Under the pieces are notes generated by a model. It did not search any database. It had not been told where the DNA came from and saw only the letters and a program-made list of their open reading frames with translations. Shown here in pieces: positions 45,778-54,047 of a stretch of DNA of 64,000 nt. Numbering within the stretch: position 1 is the stretch's first letter; the number at the start of each line of letters is the position of its first letter. A program made the translations under genes and the position numbers. The stretch comes from a virus, in the IMG/VR virus record IMGVR_UViG_3300029996_000158. One strand, given 5' to 3'.

Positions 45778-45957
45778 ATGAAAAAATTAATTAAATCACC
45801 ATACTTTTGGCTAATCATTTATTTGATAGCCATGTTTATAGTAATTGCATTTCTTTGGAAATATCTTCCAATATGGGAATCATTATTGCTTATATTATGG
45901 TCTACATGTTCTCTAGTAGCTGGTTATTTAGTTGCTAGGTTTCTTTATAAACATTAA
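45778..45957 (+). CDS. 59-aa two-segment membrane protein (below ORF-track cutoff)
   Basis: Hand translation gives MKKLIKSPYFWLIIYLIAMFIVIAFLWKYLPIWESLLLILWSTCSLVAGYLVARFLYKH, filling the 45766-45972 gap. Confidence 0.5.
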   Translation: MKKLIKSPYFWLIIYLIAMFIVIAFLWKYLPIWESLLLILWSTCSLVAGYLVARFLYKH

Positions 45958-45972
45958 AAATAAAACTCTTCT

Positions 45973-46566
45973 ATGGTTAAAAGAATTCCCCATTTATCAA
46001 TACCATCAATTGGAAGGTTACCAATTGAAATAAAATTGTATGGTGATTGGAATAAAGCCATAGAATTGGTTGATAATCTTGGTCCCAGTATTCAAAAAGG
46101 ATATGATATAGCAGTAAATAAATTTTCAAGAGATTTATTGAAGATTGTATTGTTTTCTATAGCTACTGGAACTCCTCCAAAAGGTACAGGTATAAATTGG
46201 GAACCTCATAGTCCTGCTACTATTAGAAGATATGGGGAACACCCAATTTATTACCTTACTGGTACCTATTATAGGGCAATAGGATTATTTAAATATAAAG
46301 ATAAAACACTTGTTGGATTACCAAAATCAAAAGGAAGGTCATCATCTGGTGGTATAACTCTTGGTGAATTAGCAAAAATTCTTGAATATGGAACAGGGGG
46401 TAGAGGTGGTGGTAAATCATCAAATACCATACCCCCAAGACCTTTATGGAATCCATCAATAAAAGCAGTTGGTGGAAAAGAAAGGTTAAGGTCAATGATT
46501 ATAAAAAATATAAGAAAACAATTATATGGTTTTGGTATAAGAGCCAACCAAGTTAGATGGAGGTAA
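45973..46566 (+). CDS. HK97 gp10-like head-tail / tail-completion protein candidate
   Basis: LEYGTGGRGGGKSSNTIPPRPLWNPS resembles the IPARPF motif of gp10-family proteins. Confidence 0.45.
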   Translation: MVKRIPHLSIPSIGRLPIEIKLYGDWNKAIELVDNLGPSIQKGYDIAVNKFSRDLLKIVLFSIATGTPPKGTGINWEPHSPATIRRYGEHPIYYLTGTYYRAIGLFKYKDKTLVGLPKSKGRSSSGGITLGELAKILEYGTGGRGGGKSSNTIPPRPLWNPSIKAVGGKERLRSMIIKNIRKQLYGFGIRANQVRWR

Positions 46567-46570
46567 TAAT

Positions 46571-47230
46571 ATGATAAACTCACAGGAAATCATAGAAAGG
46601 TCAATATATCAAGCCTTGCTTAATGCTTCTATAAAACTTGGATATTCACTAGACCCAAATAATTATTTACCCATAAGTATTGAAAACCAAAAAAGGTTTA
46701 AAGAAGACATGGATAAATTAAATAAATATATTTGGGTATTTGGTACTGGGAATAATCAATCCAAGGATAAGAAACTTACCCCAAGGATAGTAGTTAATGC
46801 AAGGGGTTTTTACCCTGGTGGAATTGGTTTACCCAAGTTACTTATACAAAAAGAGGAAGGAATAGGATTTACAGCAACGGAAGAACCATACGAAACCATA
46901 GACCAATTTATAGATATACATCTAATAGCTAATAACCAAGAAGACCTAAGATTATTACATCAGGTAATGTTTTATAGTATTCCACAAAGGGGTTATTTAA
47001 AACCTTATAATGTAGATGAATTTTTATTTTCTGGTAATATATTTTTGGAATTGGTAAACTTCTTTGATATCCCTAATTTAGATTTTGGGTTATTAGAAAA
47101 AGTTTACCAATTCATTATTCAGGATTGTGTAATAAATGAAACTACTGAAAAAGCAGACCTTGTACCAATCACGGATATAACACTTTTATTAGATAATTAT
47201 GGATATAACCTAATAGAAGTTTCAAAATAG
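46571..47230 (+). CDS. hypothetical tail protein (terminator/adaptor position)
   Basis: Immediately upstream of the sheath gene. Confidence 0.45.
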   Translation: MINSQEIIERSIYQALLNASIKLGYSLDPNNYLPISIENQKRFKEDMDKLNKYIWVFGTGNNQSKDKKLTPRIVVNARGFYPGGIGLPKLLIQKEEGIGFTATEEPYETIDQFIDIHLIANNQEDLRLLHQVMFYSIPQRGYLKPYNVDEFLFSGNIFLELVNFFDIPNLDFGLLEKVYQFIIQDCVINETTEKADLVPITDITLLLDNYGYNLIEVSK

Positions 47231-47259
47231 ATAATCATTAATCCCAAAATATAAAAAGT

Positions 47260-49143
47260 ATGCCTAATACACCTAGAGTTGAATTCAACTTTCAAAACAA
47301 CAATGTACAGCAATCTGTACCATTATTAGGGGTATCCCATGTAATGGCTCGTACTACTAAGGGTCCTTTCAATCAACCAGATGAGGTTTTTTCAACCTAT
47401 CCTCAATTCCAAAGAGTGTATGGGGAAGAAATAGTTCCTGATGGTTCTATTTCAAATATTATGAAAGCCTTTGAAATAGGTTCAAAGATTAGGGTATCAA
47501 GAGTAGCTGGTGCAGAAACTACTGTAGCAAAAGGACAAGCTAAAACCTATACCATTAGTTCCACCACTGGAGAAGGTACAACTGGTTCACAAACCAAAAT
47601 TACAATCAAATTGGAAGACCCTAATAGTGATGATACAATATCAATGATATTGAATATCAATACTAAAGAAGCTGGTAGTCCAATTATTGATGATACTGGT
47701 TATGGTTTGAATAGAAATTTTTATGGTAGATTTTATGCCCAAGAGGGACCCACCACAAAAATTTATTTCCAACAATTTAAAGCCTATACAACCATTGATA
47801 ATGACCCAGATGGTGAACATGATTATAAGATACAGATAGCTACAGAAGATATCCTATCTACTAATCAATTCTTCTCTGGTTCAAAAGCTGGTTCTTCAAG
47901 TGTATTTGTAGAATCCCAAGTTTTACAGGATTTTATTAATAATACCCCCAATATAGAATTGGCTTTAGCTTCAGATGAATCAACAGCATCATTTGATGAT
48001 GAATTTAATAATAAGCTAAAAGCCCAGGGTATAAATGGGGTAGTTTCCATTCTTGCTAGTTATTCTAATTGGCAAGGTTCAGTATTATTTGATAATGTTG
48101 CAATAAGTACTACTTCGTCACCTCTAGTAATTATAAATGAGGGTGATAATGGAGGTAAATCAAGTGCAGCTACTTGGGTTGAAGCTTACCAAGCTTTGAA
48201 AAGTTATTCCGATGGATATCAGTTAATAGCTTCCCATATACACCAAAATGATATGGTTAAAGCTAAAGAATCTGGTTCTGGAGTAGACCCAGACCCCAAT
48301 GGTTGGAAAACTGCCTATGTAGAAATTGCCAAAGATGTAGTTGCAAATTTCGAAACTGTATTATATGTGGAAGTTCCCAAATATGATTCAGATGGTAATG
48401 TACAATCTCCTGATGGTATCCTAAATCAATTAGAAACTTTGGTACCTCAAATTGGGTATGCTAAGAATATTGCATACTATGCTGGTGGTATTAAGTATTA
48501 TGATGCAAATGGGGCCTTACAAAACTGTGACCTTCTTGGTTCAGTAATTGGGTTAGGAGATGTTTCTGCTTCCCAATATGGTCCTTGGTATTCATTCTCT
48601 GGTATGAACCGAGGAGTAATTGCTTCTGCATTAGGTCCAGTAACTGAGAATTTAGGGGGCCCAAGCAAAATAGAAGAACTTCAAAAATTAGCAGAATGGT
48701 ATTGCAATCTTTTTGTAATAAAAGATACTAGAACCCAAGGAAAAAGAACCATGCTTTGGCATGGATTCACTTCTAATCCTAAATCAGATTCAGAAAAATT
48801 CCTTTCAATTGTAAGGTTGAACCTTTATCTCAAAAAGAATTTAAGACCTATTCTTGAAAGTTATTTGGAAGAACCAAATACCTGGTCTACTTGGCAAAGT
48901 ATTTATTATGAAGCCAAAAAAATCCTTGATGATTTAATTGGTACTGCCATCACTGAATATACCTGGATGGGTGACCAAGATGCTCAATCCTATGATGATT
49001 TGGTAGTAAATAATGAAGCTGATGTAAGACAAGGAAAATATCATATTGTATTGAAATACAAAGAGATTGTTCCTTTGCAAGAAGTAACTATGGATATTGT
49101 AATTGATTCTGTATCTAAGGATGTAAATATATCAGCAGAGTAA
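47260..49143 (+). CDS. contractile tail sheath protein
   Basis: 627 aa. N-terminal LLGVSHVMARTTKGPFNQPDEVFSTYPQFQRVYGEE is typical of sheaths. Followed by a gp19-like tube gene. Confidence 0.8.
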   Translation: MPNTPRVEFNFQNNNVQQSVPLLGVSHVMARTTKGPFNQPDEVFSTYPQFQRVYGEEIVPDGSISNIMKAFEIGSKIRVSRVAGAETTVAKGQAKTYTISSTTGEGTTGSQTKITIKLEDPNSDDTISMILNINTKEAGSPIIDDTGYGLNRNFYGRFYAQEGPTTKIYFQQFKAYTTIDNDPDGEHDYKIQIATEDILSTNQFFSGSKAGSSSVFVESQVLQDFINNTPNIELALASDESTASFDDEFNNKLKAQGINGVVSILASYSNWQGSVLFDNVAISTTSSPLVIINEGDNGGKSSAATWVEAYQALKSYSDGYQLIASHIHQNDMVKAKESGSGVDPDPNGWKTAYVEIAKDVVANFETVLYVEVPKYDSDGNVQSPDGILNQLETLVPQIGYAKNIAYYAGGIKYYDANGALQNCDLLGSVIGLGDVSASQYGPWYSFSGMNRGVIASALGPVTENLGGPSKIEELQKLAEWYCNLFVIKDTRTQGKRTMLWHGFTSNPKSDSEKFLSIVRLNLYLKKNLRPILESYLEEPNTWSTWQSIYYEAKKILDDLIGTAITEYTWMGDQDAQSYDDLVVNNEADVRQGKYHIVLKYKEIVPLQEVTMDIVIDSVSKDVNISAE

Positions 49144-49164
49144 AATTATTAAAGATATAAGATT

Positions 49165-49629
49165 ATGCCAGCTCAAGTAAAAAATCCAAGAAAAAAATTC
49201 TTATGGTCCATAGAATTTCCCTCACATCCCATAAATGCTTATCTTTTTCAAAGTGTAACCTTACCTGAGATTACAATAGAAGAAGTAGAACATGGGGATG
49301 TAAACCGTTCAGTTAAAACTGGTGGTAGAATTTCTGTTGGTACCATGACTGCCCAAAAACTTGAAACTACTTCTGGTTCTGATACCTGGTTCTGGGATTG
49401 GTTATTCTCAGTTCAGGATATGATTAATGGTGGTGGTTTAACCCCAAGTCAATATTGGCAAACCGTAATCGTAAAAGAATTAGCAGAAGATGGAGTATCA
49501 GTCCTAAATAAATGGGTATTAACTGAAGTATGGCCCACTAGAGTAAATGGGCAAGAATTAGACCGTATGAGTTCTGATAATTCAATTGAAGAAATAGAGT
49601 TCTCAGTAGGTACTTGTGATAAACTATAA
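49165..49629 (+). CDS. tail tube protein (T4 gp19-like)
   Basis: 154 aa beginning KKFLWSIEFP.. and positioned right after the sheath gene. Confidence 0.7.
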   Translation: MPAQVKNPRKKFLWSIEFPSHPINAYLFQSVTLPEITIEEVEHGDVNRSVKTGGRISVGTMTAQKLETTSGSDTWFWDWLFSVQDMINGGGLTPSQYWQTVIVKELAEDGVSVLNKWVLTEVWPTRVNGQELDRMSSDNSIEEIEFSVGTCDKL

Positions 49630-49642
49630 TTGCTTTGATGAA

Positions 49643-49685
49643 AAGGGAGAGCTCATATATTATTGGGTTCTCCCTTTGTTTTTTA
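49643..49685 (+). terminator. rho-independent terminator/attenuator
   Basis: AAGGGAGA / TCTCCCTT stem followed by TGTTTTTT. Confidence 0.75.
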
Positions 49686-49708
49686 TAACCATTTAAACTC
49701 AACACAAC

Positions 49709-50485
49709 ATGGAAAAAGAAGAATTAACAGGTTACACAGTAACATTTACAGCACCTTCTGGATATGAATATACCATTAGGGAGCAAAATGGAGCAGATGA
49801 TGATATTCTATCAAACCCATCAGAAGCTTCAACATTAATAAATATTTCAAGGTTTATAGCTGGTATAGTAACTGATACCAATTCTACACCAAATAGAAAA
49901 TTAACTGTAGAACAAGCCCATGTAATGCCTTCATTGGATAGATATGCAATCCTAATAAAATCAAGGATTTTATCTAATGGAGAAGACCTAGAATTTGAAT
50001 ATGATTGGGGCCCTGATGGTGGAGGAAAAAGTACTTATTGCCAACCTTTGGAAGAATATCTATTCAATTATTCAGAAGAAATTACTGATGATATTTTGGC
50101 TAGTAAACCTTATGCTATAAAACCTTATCCTTTAAAAAATAAAACTAAAGATATAGCTTTCACATTATCATCTGGTAAAGAGGTTAAATTTGACCTATTA
50201 ACTGGAGCTAGTGAATCTTATTTAGTTAATTTACCATTAGAACAAAGAACCCAAAATAAAGCTCTAGTAGCAAGGAATTTATGCCTATTAGTAGAAGGGA
50301 AATGGGAAAAAGTAACCTCCTTTCATTTATTCTCAATGAAGGATATGAGGGAGATAAGAACTAATGTAAAAGCTATAGACCCAGAATTTTCTGGACTTTG
50401 TACTCTAATGAATCCCCATAATGGTATGTCAACTGATATTAATATCATGGCTATCAAGGATTTTTTCTATCCGGGGGAGATTTAG
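49709..50485 (+). CDS. tail assembly chaperone candidate
   Basis: Lies between the tube and tape-measure genes. A slippery heptamer sits near its 3' end. Confidence 0.45.
   Translation: MEKEELTGYTVTFTAPSGYEYTIREQNGADDDILSNPSEASTLINISRFIAGIVTDTNSTPNRKLTVEQAHVMPSLDRYAILIKSRILSNGEDLEFEYDWGPDGGGKSTYCQPLEEYLFNYSEEITDDILASKPYAIKPYPLKNKTKDIAFTLSSGKEVKFDLLTGASESYLVNLPLEQRTQNKALVARNLCLLVEGKWEKVTSFHLFSMKDMREIRTNVKAIDPEFSGLCTLMNPHNGMSTDINIMAIKDFFYPGEI
50461..50467 (+). other. candidate -1 frameshift site T_TTT_TTC
   Basis: The heptamer is in the X_XXY_YYZ register of the 49709 ORF. The -1 frame is open from 50443 to TAA at 50617-50619. Confidence 0.3.
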
Positions 50486-50552
50486 AGAGAGATTTTTTCT
50501 ATCTACACCAAGCAAAAATAAGAATCAGTTTCACTGAATTATTATATCTACC

Positions 50553-50593
50553 AATCAGACGTCGATTAAAGTTATTAAAATTGGCGTCTGATT
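50553..50593 (+). other. hairpin between the chaperone and tape-measure genes
   Basis: AATCAGACG / CGTCTGATT 9-bp stem with a 23-nt loop, followed by ATTTTGATT. Confidence 0.45.
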
Positions 50594-50630
50594 ATTTTGA
50601 TTCTCTAAATAAAAAATAACCCCCAATAAT

Positions 50631-52694
50631 ATGGCTTATACTACCAGTGGAAGTTTAAGAGGTAATTCCTTGGAAATAGGTATTGCTTTAGTACTCCAAG
50701 ATAGATTTTCCAATCAAGCTAAAGATGCCTCTGCTGCAATTAAAAGACTTCATAATGAAGCTAAGATGGCAGTAACAGCAAATCTTCAAACCGCAGAAGG
50801 TATTCTTGGTGGAATATATGATGGATTTGTAGGAGTTGCTTCTGGGATTAAAAATACAGTTTTACAAGGTGCTGAATTTATTGATACCATGACCACTGTA
50901 TCAGCTATTACTAATTCTACCAAAGAAGAATTGGAAATGTTGTCAGAAACTGCCCAATCCTTAGGTTTGGAAACCATGTTTGGTTCCCGAGATATTGCTT
51001 CTGGTATGAAATATTTGGCAATGGCTGGTAATACAGTTGAACAGGTTAATGATATGATTAAAGGTGCAGCCTATGTAGCAAATGCCACTGGTATGGAACT
51101 TGGTGGTAAAGGAGGAGCTGCAGACTTAATCACCAATGTTATGAAGACCTTTAAAATCGAGGGTACAGGTGCTTCAGAATTAATTGGTGACCAATTAACC
51201 AAAGCAACTCTTTCTGCAAATATATCAATGACAGACTTGGCAGAATCAATTAAATATTCTGCAGCTGATATGGTTATTTTGAAGAAAGAACTTCCAGAGG
51301 TAGCTGCAATGATTGGTACTCTTGGTAATGCTGGTATACAAGGTTCAATGGCTGGTACTTCATTGGGTAATATGGCAAGATACCTTATAAAAGCCTTTAA
51401 CCCAAAAACTGATGCTTATTCATTCCTACAAAAAATGGGATTATCCCAACAAGATTTTGTAGATGCCAAAGGAGACCTTATAGACTTTGGTGATATAATG
51501 GAGAAGATAAGCAAAGGAGTAGAAAGGTTACCATCAACTGATAGGAGCAAAGCTATTGGTGCTATATTTGGTATTCGTGGTCAAAGAGCAGCAAATGCTA
51601 TTATGAATGACCTGGAAGGGTATAGGAATCTATTAGACCAAATCCAGAATAATTCAGCAGGATTTGCAAAATCTATTGTTGATAAGAGAATGAATACTCT
51701 GGCTGGTTCTATAGATAAGGTATCATCTGCATGGGAGAACTTAAAAGTAACATTTGTAGAACAAATTGCTCCCACTTTAATGCCAATATTAAACACTGTA
51801 TCTTCAATCATAGAAGCAGTAAGGGAATTTGTATCAACCCCATTTGGTTCAGTAGCTTCTCAGATATTTTTAATATCTACATTTGTGGGATTAGTTGGGA
51901 CAAAGGTACTTCAATTAATTACCAAATGGAGGTTATTAAGAACTGATACCCAGATTGGATTTCTCAATATGTTTAGATTAATCAGGGGTGGTTGGAAAGG
52001 AGCCACCCTTGATTTACAAAACTATATGAGATTACAAGGGTTATTAAATGCCCAGACTACTTATGGGTTACCATATTATGCTTCCATGGCTAAACATCTG
52101 GGTACTCCAGTTGGTGGTGTAGTATATGACCAAAGAGCTAAAAGATGGAGGTCCTCTGACCAATCAATCACTGGGTTAGGAAAAGGTACTTTCATGTCAG
52201 AAAAAAATGCTACTAAGTACACCGAAAAATATGGTACTGGTAAACAAATTGCTGCTGGGTTTTTTGGTAATACTGCTGGTGCTACCGTAAATGCTACTAA
52301 ATCCACTTGGGGCAAACTATTAAGCCTTGGTTCAAAATTATTTAGTGGCTTAAGTTTGCTTAGTTTGGGGGCTATGGTATTATTCCCATTGATTCAGATG
52401 CTTATTAATGCCATAAAGGGTAATTCTGAAGAAGTAAAAAAGAATACTTATTCAGTAAATACCTTAGCTGGTAGATATGCTACAGAACAAGAAAGATTAG
52501 CAGCTGGTAAAAGTTTGGATTTAGCTGGTGAAGTAAGGTTATTGAATGAAACCCTAAAAAAATTAGAAAATAGAAAACCAGTTGATTCAACCATTACTAT
52601 TAGGTTAGAGGATATTAATGGTAAAGAGATTGCTAAAAAAGTTATTGATTTGAACAATGATTCAAATCAAACCGATGGTATAAAAGCTGGGTAA
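50631..52694 (+). CDS. tail tape measure protein (TP901-type core)
   Basis: TMTTVSAITNSTKEELEMLSETAQSLGLETMFGSRDIASGMKYLAMAGN.. matches the tape-measure core. Hydrophobic central segments are also present. Confidence 0.85.
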   Translation: MAYTTSGSLRGNSLEIGIALVLQDRFSNQAKDASAAIKRLHNEAKMAVTANLQTAEGILGGIYDGFVGVASGIKNTVLQGAEFIDTMTTVSAITNSTKEELEMLSETAQSLGLETMFGSRDIASGMKYLAMAGNTVEQVNDMIKGAAYVANATGMELGGKGGAADLITNVMKTFKIEGTGASELIGDQLTKATLSANISMTDLAESIKYSAADMVILKKELPEVAAMIGTLGNAGIQGSMAGTSLGNMARYLIKAFNPKTDAYSFLQKMGLSQQDFVDAKGDLIDFGDIMEKISKGVERLPSTDRSKAIGAIFGIRGQRAANAIMNDLEGYRNLLDQIQNNSAGFAKSIVDKRMNTLAGSIDKVSSAWENLKVTFVEQIAPTLMPILNTVSSIIEAVREFVSTPFGSVASQIFLISTFVGLVGTKVLQLITKWRLLRTDTQIGFLNMFRLIRGGWKGATLDLQNYMRLQGLLNAQTTYGLPYYASMAKHLGTPVGGVVYDQRAKRWRSSDQSITGLGKGTFMSEKNATKYTEKYGTGKQIAAGFFGNTAGATVNATKSTWGKLLSLGSKLFSGLSLLSLGAMVLFPLIQMLINAIKGNSEEVKKNTYSVNTLAGRYATEQERLAAGKSLDLAGEVRLLNETLKKLENRKPVDSTITIRLEDINGKEIAKKVIDLNNDSNQTDGIKAG

Positions 52695-52705
52695 ATTTAT
52701 TAATT

Positions 52706-53782
52706 ATGGCTAGTTTAGTACACAATATAGTAGATTCTGCAAAAAATAAATTATCTGCTAAGGTAAATAATGCTATTGCTGGTATTACAAATAATGGTTT
52801 AGGTCCTCTGGATAACAAAGCTCTTAGAGCTACATTATTTATTAATAGGGCAAACCCTAAGCTCCCAAAGATAAATTTTCTAGAATATGAGTTTGGTGGG
52901 GTAGTAAGGGATATAAAAGAAACCTTTGGTATAAATCAACAAACTGCTAGACCTACTTCTTCAAGTAGTAAAGATGGTGAAACCAGGTTTAGAAGGGCAA
53001 CAACTCCAAATAAAAACCCATTAGTAAATACTCAATTAAAAACCAAGAATAGTAAATCAAATCCAGAAATTTTATCATTACCCTTAAATCAAGGTACCAG
53101 AGAACTTTATAGAAAATCCATAATCCCAAAAAATAATATTATTATTATAAATGATAATGTAAGCCCCCCAGTATCTATTGTTATTCAAAATAGACCAAAT
53201 GAGGTAACAATAGATACTCAAACAAATTGGGTATCAGTAAAATCCATGGGTAGAAATAATCCATTTATGATTTATACTGGTGGTGAAGATACAATTTCAT
53301 TTGATATATCCTGGTATTCTAGTGACCCAAATAATAGAGAAGATATTTTAACCAAATGTAGGTTATTAGAATCATGGTCTAAAGCAAATGGGTATAGGCA
53401 ATCACCACCTATTCTTAGAATTTCTTGGGGTTCATCTGGTATATTTGATAATGATTTATTTATCCTTTATTCTGCGAGCTACAAATTAAATAATTTTCAA
53501 GATAGGTATAGTGGTAATATACTAAATACTGAAAGTAGTTTTTCAAGGGATATAAACAAATCAATAGATTTGGGATTATTACCAAGTATAGCAACCCAAT
53601 CATTAGTATTTAAAAAGGTAACCAGTAAAAACCTTACTCATGCTGATATATGTTCACCAGAAAAATTACAAAAAGTAAAATCAGATGAGATAATGGGAAT
53701 TCCAGTACCTATTTCTAACAATATATCAACATTTGACAGTATACCCAAAACCACTATACCCACAGAATTAAAACCATTTTAA
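52706..53782 (+). CDS. baseplate-proximal protein (tube-initiator / Mu gpN-position candidate)
   Basis: Lies after the tape-measure gene. The NWVSVKSMGRNNPFMIYTGGEDTISFDISWY pattern resembles tube-like folds. Confidence 0.35.
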   Translation: MASLVHNIVDSAKNKLSAKVNNAIAGITNNGLGPLDNKALRATLFINRANPKLPKINFLEYEFGGVVRDIKETFGINQQTARPTSSSSKDGETRFRRATTPNKNPLVNTQLKTKNSKSNPEILSLPLNQGTRELYRKSIIPKNNIIIINDNVSPPVSIVIQNRPNEVTIDTQTNWVSVKSMGRNNPFMIYTGGEDTISFDISWYSSDPNNREDILTKCRLLESWSKANGYRQSPPILRISWGSSGIFDNDLFILYSASYKLNNFQDRYSGNILNTESSFSRDINKSIDLGLLPSIATQSLVFKKVTSKNLTHADICSPEKLQKVKSDEIMGIPVPISNNISTFDSIPKTTIPTELKPF

Positions 53783-53784
53783 TC

Positions 53785-54042
53785 ATGGCAGATTATAATC
53801 CTTATTCCAATTCAATAGCTATACTGTTTGATAATGGGGATGTTGTATTGGAGAGACAAATACAAAAGAAAGTAAGTAATACCTTAATACATACTGTAAA
53901 AGAAGGGGAAACTATACAAAGCATAGCTTTTCAGTATTATGGGGATTCTGGGTATTGGGTTCATATATGTGATGTAAATAATATATTTAACCCATTTGTT
54001 GAGTTAGAAGAAGGTATGGAAATTTATATACCATCAATTTAA
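53785..54042 (+). CDS. LysM-like tail protein X
   Basis: HTVKEGETIQSIAFQYYGDSGYWVHICDVNNI..EGMEIYIP is a LysM-type motif. Confidence 0.6.
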   Translation: MADYNPYSNSIAILFDNGDVVLERQIQKKVSNTLIHTVKEGETIQSIAFQYYGDSGYWVHICDVNNIFNPFVELEEGMEIYIPSI

Positions 54043-54047
54043 ATATT

